A DNA stretch of 64,000 bases from Candidatus Cloacimonadota bacterium (GTDB lineage Bacteria > Cloacimonadota > Cloacimonadia > JGIOTU-2): assembly GCA_049903315.1 (NCBI GenBank), contig JBNGBT010000008.1:32001-96000 (forward strand), read 5' to 3'. Shown here in pieces: positions 51,698 through 61,366 of the stretch. The position numbers and the translations under genes are program-made. Every line of letters begins with the position of its first letter. Positions within the stretch are counted from its first letter, which is position 1. The notes beneath the pieces are model-generated. The model was not told the origin of the DNA. It saw only the letters and a list, made by a program, of their open reading frames with translations, and made no database searches.

Positions 51698-54076
51698 ATG
51701 AAAAAAATTGTTATTATATTGCTATTAAATCTTATAGCATTTGTACTTAATGCTACGATTATTAATATCCCAGCTGATTATACCACAATACAAGAAGGTA
51801 TTGATGCTTCAGTTGATGGAGATACTGTTCTTGTACAGCCAGGAAATTATGTTGAAAATATAGCATTAATAAGTAAAAATATCTATATTGCTTCCCTATA
51901 TTTAACAACACAGGATACATCATATATTGCGCAAACGATAATTGATGGAAATCAAGAAAATCCTGCAGTGAGAATTCTTAATGGAGTTGATAGTACTGGT
52001 GTATTAGATGGATTTACAATAACTAACGGTGATCCTGCGGGGTTGCTAATATTTATTGCTAGTCCAACAATTAAAAATCTATATGTTTACGACAATCCTG
52101 AAGGAATTAGATGTCAAAATTCAAGTAGCCCAACTATTTTAAATGTAGATATAATAAATAATACATCAAACGGAATTATGTGTACAATGAACAGTAATGC
52201 AAATTTACAGAACGCTAATATAATTGGAAATACATCAACAGATGGAGCAGGTATCTATTGTGATAGTTCTATAATGACTGTTAAAAATTCGATTATTACA
52301 GAGAATACTGCAACAGGTAAAGGAGGAGGTATTTATTGTAAGGGATCTGAAATTGTTTTAGAGAATACTACGATTTCTAATAATATTGCTAATAGTGGAG
52401 GTGGTATTTATTGTTATAATTCAGATGTGGAGTTCAGCTCATACAATAGATGTAATATTTTTATGAATAGCAATATTGTTAATAAAGGATATGGTTTGGA
52501 TATATCTTCACAAAATTGTGATATAATTAATGTAATTTTAGATACTTTCACAGTAGTAAACCCAACAGATTTCTATGTTTCCCCAATAATTAACTACACT
52601 TTTGATATTTTACATGGATATCAGAACAACATAATAAATTCTGATTTATATGTATCTTTAGATGGAGATAATTCAAATTCCGGTACTAGTCCCGATGAGC
52701 CCTTAAAAACAATTAGAAATGCTTTATCTAAGATTTATGCTGATAGTCTAAATAAGAATACAATTTATATTGCAGATGGTGTGTATAGTGAAAGTACAAA
52801 TGGAGAGATATTTCCTTTAAAATGGTGCAACTATGTATCACTTGAGGGTTTTTCAAAGAACGAGACAATTTTAGATGGAGAAAATGAAAATAGGTTATTA
52901 GATTTCTATTATATTACTGAAGCTACAATAAGTAATATTACTATAACAAAAGGAAATTCAGGGGATGGAGGGGGAGTATATTGTAGAAATTCAAATCCAC
53001 ATTTTATGAATGTAAATGTTAATTATAATGTTAGCACCGGAGAAGGAGGAGGAATGTCCTTTAGAGATTCTAATCCGGTTATGGAAAATGTAGAAATAAA
53101 TGATAATACAGCAGATTATGATGGAGGGGGTATCTATTCAATAAACTCCGAGATATATTTAAATGGTGTGTCAGTTTATGATAATACATCATACGAATAT
53201 GGAGGAGGAATGTATATTGGAAATGTTTTATCTGCGATGCCTGATCCAATTTTAGAAAATGTTAAATTAACTGGAAATTACTGTGAAAATGCCGGTGGGG
53301 GTGTTTTCTTTGAGTTTAATAAACCAACTTTGCTGAATGTGGAGATAACAAATAATACAGCAAATGAAAACGGTGGGGGAATATATGGATGGGATGCAGA
53401 AATTAGCTTCGATAAAGTGACAATAGCAAATAATACAGCAACAGATGATGGCGGCGCAATCTATTGTGAATATACAGATGTGAATATGATTAATAGTATA
53501 GTATGGAATAATTTGTCTAATGAGATATATACTCATGGAAGTTGTGATATAGTTGCGAATTATACAGACATTAATGGTGGTTGGTCAGGAATTGGGAATA
53601 TAGATTTAGATCCAATGTTTGTTGATCCGGGTGAGGGAGATTATCATCTCAGTTGGGTTAATTATCCTATGCCAGATGATACAAAATCTCCATGTATTGA
53701 TGCAGGTGATCCGAGTTCGCCACTTAATCCTGACGGAACAATAGCAGACATGGGAGCATACTATTTTAATCAAAATGTATCGATTGATGATCCACAGAAT
53801 TTTGATAATCATACACTTAAAACCTGTCCAAATCCAACTAATATTAATAATGAATGTTTAAATATAAATTTCAAAATGGAAAAAAATGGAAAAGTCGATA
53901 TAGGACTTTATAATTTAAAGGGGCAATTAGTAAAAGAAATTTTAAATGAGGAAAAAGGGATTGGTGAATATACGATACGATATACTGCAAATAAATTAAA
54001 TACTGGCATTTATTTTATTAAAATGGATTTCAATGGAAAAAAGATAGAGGTAAATAAAGTTATTATTTTGAAATAA
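51698..54076 (+). CDS. Secreted parallel beta-helix protein (DUF1565-like module) with C-terminal T9SS/FlgD-type domain
   Basis: Signal peptide, IPADYTTIQEGID, many GGGIYC/NTA repeats, GTSPDEPLKTI, SPCIDAGDP..DGTIADMGA, CPNP...YNLKGQLVK. Confidence 0.85.
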   Translation: MKKIVIILLLNLIAFVLNATIINIPADYTTIQEGIDASVDGDTVLVQPGNYVENIALISKNIYIASLYLTTQDTSYIAQTIIDGNQENPAVRILNGVDSTGVLDGFTITNGDPAGLLIFIASPTIKNLYVYDNPEGIRCQNSSSPTILNVDIINNTSNGIMCTMNSNANLQNANIIGNTSTDGAGIYCDSSIMTVKNSIITENTATGKGGGIYCKGSEIVLENTTISNNIANSGGGIYCYNSDVEFSSYNRCNIFMNSNIVNKGYGLDISSQNCDIINVILDTFTVVNPTDFYVSPIINYTFDILHGYQNNIINSDLYVSLDGDNSNSGTSPDEPLKTIRNALSKIYADSLNKNTIYIADGVYSESTNGEIFPLKWCNYVSLEGFSKNETILDGENENRLLDFYYITEATISNITITKGNSGDGGGVYCRNSNPHFMNVNVNYNVSTGEGGGMSFRDSNPVMENVEINDNTADYDGGGIYSINSEIYLNGVSVYDNTSYEYGGGMYIGNVLSAMPDPILENVKLTGNYCENAGGGVFFEFNKPTLLNVEITNNTANENGGGIYGWDAEISFDKVTIANNTATDDGGAIYCEYTDVNMINSIVWNNLSNEIYTHGSCDIVANYTDINGGWSGIGNIDLDPMFVDPGEGDYHLSWVNYPMPDDTKSPCIDAGDPSSPLNPDGTIADMGAYYFNQNVSIDDPQNFDNHTLKTCPNPTNINNECLNINFKMEKNGKVDIGLYNLKGQLVKEILNEEKGIGEYTIRYTANKLNTGIYFIKMDFNGKKIEVNKVIILK

Positions 54077-54101
54077 TATAAAAACTGAATCCCCTTTATC
54101 A

Positions 54102-54210
54102 AGATGGGTGAACCCCCATCTGGCGGATAAGACATCATGGATGTTTTACTCCAAAACATGTAACTCAACATTCCGATGTTGAGTACGCAAGATCGAAATC
54201 TTGCGTTACA
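54102..54210. repeat. Four consecutive hairpins including an inverted REP doublet (54159-54210) between convergent genes
   Basis: AGATGGG/CCCATCT; ATGTTTT/AAAACAT; TGTAACTCAACATTCCGATGTTGAGT plus inverted TGTAACGCAAGATTTCGATCTTGCGT. Confidence 0.7.
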
Positions 54211-55489
54211 AATTTTTACAATACCCCAGCACTTCCCCGATCGTATACAACGAACCACTTACACATATAAGATCATTTTTGTCAGCGATCTTCTTTGCAT
54301 GTTCAAATGCGGAGATGCTGTTCGGAAATTTGTAATATGCAATACCTGTTTTCTTCACTTCCCTCTCAAGTGTTTCGATTGCTGCAGCTCTGTGAGATTG
54401 CGATTTACTGATCACAATAATGTCTGCGATCTCGGAAATGGAACGCACCATCTTTTTGATTTCCTTATCATAGAGTATGCCAAGCACAACGATAAGTTTC
54501 TTGTATTTGTAGATTGATTTAATATTGCGAACAAGCTGTCTCATGCCTGCGGGATTGTGTGCTCCGTCAAGAATGATCGTAGGATTTTCTCCGATTTTTT
54601 GCAGGCGTCCATTCCAGATGACAGAAGCAAGAGCTTGCTTTGTCTTTTCTTCATCGAGTACGAATCCATAATATTTTGCAAGTACAGCACACACGAGAAC
54701 AGACAGTGCAGTATTACCCACCTGATGTGCTCCTGCAAGATTGCAATAGATACCATTGAAGTTCACATCATACGAGGGGATTGAGATGTCATAGTACACG
54801 CCGTTCTCGCCATAATGTTCATTGGAAAGAGTTAGTGTTTTTTCATATTCGACAACCGGGCAGGAGAGTTCTTTTGCTCTTTGCAAAATTGCTTTTCGTG
54901 CTGCTGGACGCGTTCTGCCAAGCACTAGTGGGATGCCTTTTTTTAGGATTCCCGCTTTTTCAAGGGCGATCTTGGCAAGTGTATTTCCGAGAGATTTTGT
55001 ATGATCGTATTCGATATTTGTAATAACTGTGATAACAGCGTTGAGCAGCACACTGGCATCGAGCCGTCCTCCGAGTCCGACCTCCATAATAGAAAAATCA
55101 ACTCCTTGATTATAAAAAAGTTCAAAAGCAATGGCAGTTGAAATCTCAAAATAGGTTGTATCGAATTCTTCGTGAGTATCTTTTCTTTTGAGATACAATG
55201 CAAGTAGTTCTTCTGGATTTACCTCTTCTTTGTTGATGCGGAAGCGTTCTTTATAATCAACAAGATGGGGGGATGTATTAAGTCCGACCGAAAAATTGTG
55301 AGTATGCAGGATCGACTCGATTGCTGCGCAGGTCGAGCCCTTGCCGTTCGTTCCAGCGACATGGATGCCCTGTATATTCTTTTCGGGATTGCCGATCGCA
55401 TCGAGAAACTGTTTTATTCTTGTCAGCTCGATCTTTCGATCGGTGGCAGTCTTTGCGAAGATTTCTTCTAAGAATTTATTATAATTCAT
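54206..55489 (-). CDS. folC: Folylpolyglutamate synthase/dihydrofolate synthase
   Basis: HVAGTNGKGST, TSPHL, EVGLGGRLDA, LDGAHNP, GSLYTIG. Confidence 0.95.
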   Translation of the reverse strand: MNYNKFLEEIFAKTATDRKIELTRIKQFLDAIGNPEKNIQGIHVAGTNGKGSTCAAIESILHTHNFSVGLNTSPHLVDYKERFRINKEEVNPEELLALYLKRKDTHEEFDTTYFEISTAIAFELFYNQGVDFSIMEVGLGGRLDASVLLNAVITVITNIEYDHTKSLGNTLAKIALEKAGILKKGIPLVLGRTRPAARKAILQRAKELSCPVVEYEKTLTLSNEHYGENGVYYDISIPSYDVNFNGIYCNLAGAHQVGNTALSVLVCAVLAKYYGFVLDEEKTKQALASVIWNGRLQKIGENPTIILDGAHNPAGMRQLVRNIKSIYKYKKLIVVLGILYDKEIKKMVRSISEIADIIVISKSQSHRAAAIETLEREVKKTGIAYYKFPNSISAFEHAKKIADKNDLICVSGSLYTIGEVLGYCKNL

Positions 55490-55490
55490 A

Positions 55491-56780
55491 TTATTTTAGA
55501 TATATCATTTTATGAAAAGACGTTTCTACATTTTCAGAAACCATCTTGTAAAGATAAACACCGCCGGACGCTTTTTTGCCATTCTCGTCTTTCCCATCCC
55601 AAACAGCTTGAAGCGTTCCCAAACAGTGGTTTGGGAATGAGGTAAGTTTTTTAATTAATTGTCCTTTTATATTGTAGATTTCCACTTCTGTGTTCTCTGT
55701 GCTCTCTGTGGTGAAAAAATTTATTATAGTTGAATCCGTAAATGGATTAGGGTAATTGCTGACAAAAATGTCATCAGGATGGGGAATATCCACGCTGACT
55801 CCCGTGTAGTAAAATCCGGCATCCTGGGGATTAACACCGACAGTGAGTGTGTGAAGAAGCTCCTCCGATTCTGAGTAAATGTACATCCTTCCATTATTGA
55901 TCCAGTCCATAGAATCACCCAGATAGATTGTGCCATCATTATCAAATTGAATGAAGCTGCCACCGCTTGCCCAGAGACCTGTAGAGGAATGTATAATTGA
56001 GAGATCCAGAGAATTGTACGCCAAATAACCAAGTCCGAATCCGTCTGCGAGATAAGTAGTGCCGTTTGGATGAATGGCAATCTTGGTCGGTGAACCACCA
56101 ATATCAAGAATAGTGATGTCATTATAATTTGCAGTATTAATAATATAGATCTTTCCCCAAACAGCGGGATTGGCATAACCATAATTACCTGTACAAACGA
56201 CATGCAAACGACCAAATGCATCGATTGCTCCAAACTGCGGATTGTTACCAACGGGAATCGTATTCGTTACCGTTTCTGTATTAATGTCGATAACCGAAAC
56301 TGTTCCCATACTCGAGCCATAAGAGGAATTCATCACGTATAAATTATCATTATAAAGAACCATTCCTTCCGGCGTGGATCCCACCGGAATAGAGCCCGAG
56401 ACAACATTATTAATAAGATCGAGAACATATACTGAATTGGTAAAAAGTCCTGTTACATATGCCTTGTCTCCATTTGGGTGAATGACCATCCAATATGGAT
56501 TCGAGCCGTTCGGGCATTGGATGTGACCCGAGGTTGTTTCTGTTTCGAGATTTATGACCTGGATAGAATGTATTCCAGAGTTGACCACGTATGCTTTATC
56601 CTCCTGAACGACGATCTGGTTGGCGTACTGTCCGAGCTGCAAAATATGGTTTTCAAGCACTTCGGTTTCAGTGTCATAATGGGAAAGCGTTTCGTCATTG
56701 CTGTTGACGATGTACACATCGTGGCTATAAAGTAATGCTGAAATGAGTAGGAAGATAGACAGGATAAGGAAATTTCTCAT
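55491..56780 (-). CDS. YncE/BtuG-like beta-propeller with C-terminal FlgD-Ig/T9SS-type domain
   Basis: KAYVVNS, IPVGSTPEGM, TVSVIDINTETV, NYPNPFTDST...IYNIKGQ...WDGKDENG..SGGVYLYKM. Confidence 0.8.
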   Translation of the reverse strand: MRNFLILSIFLLISALLYSHDVYIVNSNDETLSHYDTETEVLENHILQLGQYANQIVVQEDKAYVVNSGIHSIQVINLETETTSGHIQCPNGSNPYWMVIHPNGDKAYVTGLFTNSVYVLDLINNVVSGSIPVGSTPEGMVLYNDNLYVMNSSYGSSMGTVSVIDINTETVTNTIPVGNNPQFGAIDAFGRLHVVCTGNYGYANPAVWGKIYIINTANYNDITILDIGGSPTKIAIHPNGTTYLADGFGLGYLAYNSLDLSIIHSSTGLWASGGSFIQFDNDGTIYLGDSMDWINNGRMYIYSESEELLHTLTVGVNPQDAGFYYTGVSVDIPHPDDIFVSNYPNPFTDSTIINFFTTESTENTEVEIYNIKGQLIKKLTSFPNHCLGTLQAVWDGKDENGKKASGGVYLYKMVSENVETSFHKMIYLK

Positions 56781-56790
56781 TGAGACCTTT

Positions 56791-58920
56791 CTAAAGAAAA
56801 TTTACAGAGAATGATATTTCCAGATTTCTTCCGGGAGACGGAATATTTCTTGAAGTTTCATAGTGCGCGTTAAAGAGGTTATTTATTCTCATAGAAATTG
56901 AAGTTTTGAGTTTTGTGCCGATCTGCATAGAATAAAGGATGCCGGTATCGTAGGTGGTATAGCCGTCAACCATTACAGTATTGCTGAAATTATCAAACTG
57001 TTTTCCAATGTTCAGGACTGATGCAAAAAGTGAAATGTCCGCTATAGAATATTTAATTTTTCCCTGCATTTTATGAAGGGGTTTGTTTGTAAGATATTTA
57101 TTATAATGATCGGCAGCAGATGTTTTATTGATCGGGTAGTTCTTTGACCCGCTCAGTTCAAGTTCAAGATTATCGAAGATGTACCAGTTCAGAGAACCAG
57201 AAAACCCGTAAAGTTCCGCATCAGCAAGATTGTCCGGCTTCCAAATTCCAAGCGCAGTTCTGTACCAGTATATAAGATTTTCGATCCGGTTGAAGTATAC
57301 CTCACCCGAGAGAGTGAAAGAGCTGAGTTTTACTTTTATGTTACTACTCGTGCCATAAGAGCGTTCGGCTTGAAGATTTGGATTTCCCTGTACCTGTGCG
57401 TCACCTTTCCAGAAAAGCGAACTGAATTCCGGCATCGCATAGGAGTTCCCTCCGGAAATGCTCATCTGAAAAACGTCTAATTTTGCTGGATATTCAAACG
57501 TAAGATGAGAGGAAACATACACATCCTCATCAACAAAATAGTCTGCACGCACAGATGGAATTAAAGATAATTTCTGCAATCCTATTAACAGCGGGATGGA
57601 GGTTTCATTAGACAGATATACAAAGGTTCTGTTTTTTTGCAAGATCGAGTTTTCAGGATGTAGATGGTCATCAAATTTATAGGTTTCATGTCGCACACCG
57701 AGTTGTGATATTGAAGACAGAACTGGTCCGGTTGAATTCAATTTTGCACGAGCTTCAAAAGTCGAGGTTTTATTTGTTGAGTTTTCGGAATAAAATGGAT
57801 TTGTCGTTGAGTTCTCATACTGACTTTTATTAAATTGATAATAGAGATCGGTCGATAAAGTGTTTTTTCCAAAAGGGAATCGAACATCAGTATTTATATA
57901 AAATCTCTGTGCTTTTCCTCGCGCTTTCTCGAACCAAATGTAGTCGTTTGACTGCCCCGGGATACCTCTTTCAGCAGAGTAGTAGAGAAATGACAACTTT
58001 GAGAATGCATCATTTTTGAACGCTATTCGAGATTGAAGCGATAGAGAGCCCTCTTTCATGTCGTTATTTGTCCGGGTGATCGTTTTCTCATCATATTCAT
58101 TAAAGTATTTGAAATTATTTTGAGCGGTGTGACCGTAAAGATTACACAACACAGAATATCTTCCAAAGGAAAAATTATTTTGATAATTGAGAGAATAATT
58201 TTGCCAGCTTCCTGCATGCGAAACAATTTCGTGCGAATGAGAACTGGAGCGGGAATTTTTCAGTACAATGTTCACAATGCCCCCGATTGCTGATTCTCCG
58301 GACGTGCTGCCTGCATTGTGAGAAATAACCTCCACATGATCGATCATATCAACGGGAATCGAAGAAATCGAGTTGCCCATAGAATTGTCTGTTTTCATTC
58401 CGTCGATGAGATACACGCAATGGCGCGCTTCATAGACATGGAGCTGAAGCTGTTTTTCGCCGCTGGCACTTTCTCTTATGAGTAAGCCAGGGTGCGCGGC
58501 AACCAATCCGGCTGTGCTATTATTCTCAATATTTTCTGGAGTCAGTATTTCGATATCAGCTGAGGATAATTTAAGCGTAGTGCCCTTTTCTTTTCTTACA
58601 CTTAATCCCTGAATTCTTATTGGTTCAATTGAGAGATAAATGAGGTTGTTTCCTAGGTCAATAACAGTAAATTCTTTATCTTCGTATCCCTGAGAAGAAA
58701 TGAAAATTTTGCATGGTAATTCACTCACGGGCATCGTGAACCAGCCGTTATCATCAGTAATTGTAATATGATCGGAACTTACTGTTTTTATGAGGGCATA
58801 TCGTATTGGATTGCCTGTTTTTCCGCTGAGTATTCGTCCTTCAATTTCTGCATATAACAGCATTGGGAGTATGAGGGCGATGAAAAGCACACATCCAAAT
58901 TTATTCATCCGGCTCACCAT
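56791..58920 (-). CDS. TonB-dependent receptor (BtuB-like)
   Basis: N-terminal carboxypeptidase-like domain, plug (YLIDGM..IDHVEVI..AIGGIVNI), GNPNLQAERS, NNLFN...PGRNL, terminal F. Confidence 0.88.
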   Translation of the reverse strand: MVSRMNKFGCVLFIALILPMLLYAEIEGRILSGKTGNPIRYALIKTVSSDHITITDDNGWFTMPVSELPCKIFISSQGYEDKEFTVIDLGNNLIYLSIEPIRIQGLSVRKEKGTTLKLSSADIEILTPENIENNSTAGLVAAHPGLLIRESASGEKQLQLHVYEARHCVYLIDGMKTDNSMGNSISSIPVDMIDHVEVISHNAGSTSGESAIGGIVNIVLKNSRSSSHSHEIVSHAGSWQNYSLNYQNNFSFGRYSVLCNLYGHTAQNNFKYFNEYDEKTITRTNNDMKEGSLSLQSRIAFKNDAFSKLSFLYYSAERGIPGQSNDYIWFEKARGKAQRFYINTDVRFPFGKNTLSTDLYYQFNKSQYENSTTNPFYSENSTNKTSTFEARAKLNSTGPVLSSISQLGVRHETYKFDDHLHPENSILQKNRTFVYLSNETSIPLLIGLQKLSLIPSVRADYFVDEDVYVSSHLTFEYPAKLDVFQMSISGGNSYAMPEFSSLFWKGDAQVQGNPNLQAERSYGTSSNIKVKLSSFTLSGEVYFNRIENLIYWYRTALGIWKPDNLADAELYGFSGSLNWYIFDNLELELSGSKNYPINKTSAADHYNKYLTNKPLHKMQGKIKYSIADISLFASVLNIGKQFDNFSNTVMVDGYTTYDTGILYSMQIGTKLKTSISMRINNLFNAHYETSRNIPSPGRNLEISFSVNFL

Positions 58921-59695
58921 TCTGAGAGTAATTATAAAGTATATTAGGTTTGCCGGTAAATGGATTTTTAATAACTTCGATCGGTACGTGAAATACTTTT
59001 CTCAGAATTTCTTTTTTTAATACATCTTCTGTTTTGCCAAAGGCAACAATGCGGCCATTATCTAGTATGAGAATTTTATTACAAAATTCAGCAGCGAGAT
59101 TGATATTATGAGAAACAGCAAAAATAGTTTTGCCCTTTTTTTGATTTTGATGTTGAAGAAGAGAAAAAATTCTTATTTGATGGTGAATATCAAGGTGGGA
59201 TGCCGGTTCATCAAAAAATAGGATATCTGTGTCCTGATTGAGAGCTCTTGCGATCATAACAAGTTGAAACTCACCGCCGCTCAGTTCACCAAGGTACCTG
59301 TTTGAAAGATGGCTAATATTAAGTTCTTTTAATATAAGTTCAGTTTGAGCAATTTGCCCGTTTGTATAATTTTGCCAAAAACCCAGATAAGGATATTTAC
59401 CCATCAACACGACATCCAGGACAGTAAAATCAAACTCGAAATGGGGTTGCTGAACAACAACCGAAACGTGCTGTGCTCGTTCAAGAGAAGTGTAGCTTGA
59501 GAGAGGGTTATTATCTAAGTAAACATCACCCCTGTAATCTTTTATATAACCGCAAAGGCATTTAAGGAGTGTCGATTTGCCTGCACCGTTCGGACCGATC
59601 ACTCCCACAAAATCATTCCGTTCTATAACAAATGAAATATCATCCAGAACAGGCTTGTCTGTGTAAGAATAAAATAAATTTGAAACTTTTATCAT
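58901..59695 (-). CDS. ABC transporter ATP-binding protein (BtuD/FhuC family)
   Basis: GPNGAGKST, LSGGE, DEPASHLDIHHQ. Confidence 0.92.
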   Translation of the reverse strand: MIKVSNLFYSYTDKPVLDDISFVIERNDFVGVIGPNGAGKSTLLKCLCGYIKDYRGDVYLDNNPLSSYTSLERAQHVSVVVQQPHFEFDFTVLDVVLMGKYPYLGFWQNYTNGQIAQTELILKELNISHLSNRYLGELSGGEFQLVMIARALNQDTDILFFDEPASHLDIHHQIRIFSLLQHQNQKKGKTIFAVSHNINLAAEFCNKILILDNGRIVAFGKTEDVLKKEILRKVFHVPIEVIKNPFTGKPNILYNYSQNGEPDE

Positions 59696-59759
59696 TTTTT
59701 TGTTGACGTTAATATACTTGTTTTGTATGTTTTAGCAAAATATGATCATGGAGGTCATA

Positions 59760-60173
59760 ATGAAAATATCGATTGATACAGACTACAGTTTGCGAGCTCT
59801 TCAGGAACTTGCATACCAGGATAGGGACAATCCTTATTCTATTTTGAAGATTGCAACCAAGAGAAAAATTCCTCATAAATATCTTGAGAAACTTTTCAGA
59901 AGGTTGAGAATAGCTGGTATCGTTAAGTCGGTAAAAGGGCGCAAGGGCGGTTATATGCTCACCCGCAATCCCGATAAGATAACCACAAAAGATATCATTA
60001 AGGCGGTTGACGGCAGGACGAACATTCATAACTGCAATGATCGCAAAACAGAGAAGCTCTGCGAATTTGCTGATGAATGCTCTTTCCAAGATTTCTGGAA
60101 TGATTTTAATACTCATATTAATGACTTTCTTGATTCATATTCACTTGAAGATTTTCTTGAGAAAAGAAAATAA
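59760..60173 (+). CDS. Rrf2 family regulator (IscR-like, three Cys)
   Basis: YLEKLF..LRIAGIVKSVKGRKGGYML, C..C..C cluster. ATG at 59760 after GGAGG. Confidence 0.88.
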   Translation: MKISIDTDYSLRALQELAYQDRDNPYSILKIATKRKIPHKYLEKLFRRLRIAGIVKSVKGRKGGYMLTRNPDKITTKDIIKAVDGRTNIHNCNDRKTEKLCEFADECSFQDFWNDFNTHINDFLDSYSLEDFLEKRK

Positions 60174-60184
60174 CGGAGTGTTCG

Positions 60185-61366
60185 ATGAGCGGCAAGGAAG
60201 TATATCTCGATAGCTGCAAAACATCCCGGCTTGCCCCTGGAGTGCTTGATGCAATGATGCCGTATTTAACTGATAAATACTGGTATCCTGGCTCATTTAC
60301 CAGTATCGGAACAGAGATTGCAGAGGTGATCGAAAAAGCGCAGGAAACAGTTGCCAACTCACTCAATGCGCAATCCGAAGAGATCACTTTCACTTCCGGG
60401 GGGACTGATGCGAATAATATTGCGATACAGGGAATCCTGCAGGCAAACAAAGAGAAGGGCAGGCATTTTATATGCTCAACCATCTCGCATCCATCGGTTC
60501 TGGCGGTCTTTCAGGGTTTGGAAAAGCAGGGTTTTGAAGGAACATATATCTCTGCGAATCGGGATGGATATCTTGATTTGGAAGAACTAAAAGCAGCGAT
60601 CAGACCGGACACAATTCTTGCTGCGTTCACGCATATTAATCACATCCTCGGCACTATTCAGGACTCAAAAGCGATTCGTGAGATACTCGATCAAGCTGAT
60701 CATAAGATATACCTGTTCATGGATTCCTGCGAGGCTTATACGAAAATCCCGTTAGATGTTGAAGAACTAGGAATTGACTCTCTTTCAATTTCTGTGCACA
60801 AATTTAACGGACCGAAAGGCATGGGCATTCTCTATGTTAAAAAAGAAACGAAGATCGCTCCAACACAGTTTGGGATAGTAAGATTATACAAACTAAAACC
60901 CGGAGCGATCAATGTATCTGGAATCGTGGGAACCGCAAAAGCTATAGAGATGTCATTTGCTGATTTTGATAAACAGATCGAGCGATATAGAGAACTTCAG
61001 ACTTTGCTTTATGATGAAATAATGAGAAGAATTCCAGATACTGTCCTGAATGGTCCACCGATTGGAGAACGCAGTCCTGCCCATCTAAATGTGACATTCC
61101 GCTTCATAGAAGGTGAAGCAATAATGATGATGCTCGACTTTGATAATATCCATGTTGAAACCGGCTCTGCATGCTCGTCTCAAAATCTACAGCCAAACTA
61201 TATCCTTATGAATACAGGAAGAACTCACGAAGAATCACACGGCTCTGTTCGTTTTACGCTGGACAGATTTGTCACAAAAGAGGATATACTCAAAACGGTC
61301 GATGCGCTGGAGAAAACAGCAAAAGAACTTCGTCGAAGAAGTCCGCTTGGTAAGAAGGAGCAATAA
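60185..61366 (+). CDS. iscS: Cysteine desulfurase (IscS/NifS family)
   Basis: FTSGGT, SVHKFNGPKG (PLP Lys), TGSACSS (catalytic Cys), GSVRFTL. Confidence 0.88.
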   Translation: MSGKEVYLDSCKTSRLAPGVLDAMMPYLTDKYWYPGSFTSIGTEIAEVIEKAQETVANSLNAQSEEITFTSGGTDANNIAIQGILQANKEKGRHFICSTISHPSVLAVFQGLEKQGFEGTYISANRDGYLDLEELKAAIRPDTILAAFTHINHILGTIQDSKAIREILDQADHKIYLFMDSCEAYTKIPLDVEELGIDSLSISVHKFNGPKGMGILYVKKETKIAPTQFGIVRLYKLKPGAINVSGIVGTAKAIEMSFADFDKQIERYRELQTLLYDEIMRRIPDTVLNGPPIGERSPAHLNVTFRFIEGEAIMMMLDFDNIHVETGSACSSQNLQPNYILMNTGRTHEESHGSVRFTLDRFVTKEDILKTVDALEKTAKELRRRSPLGKKEQ

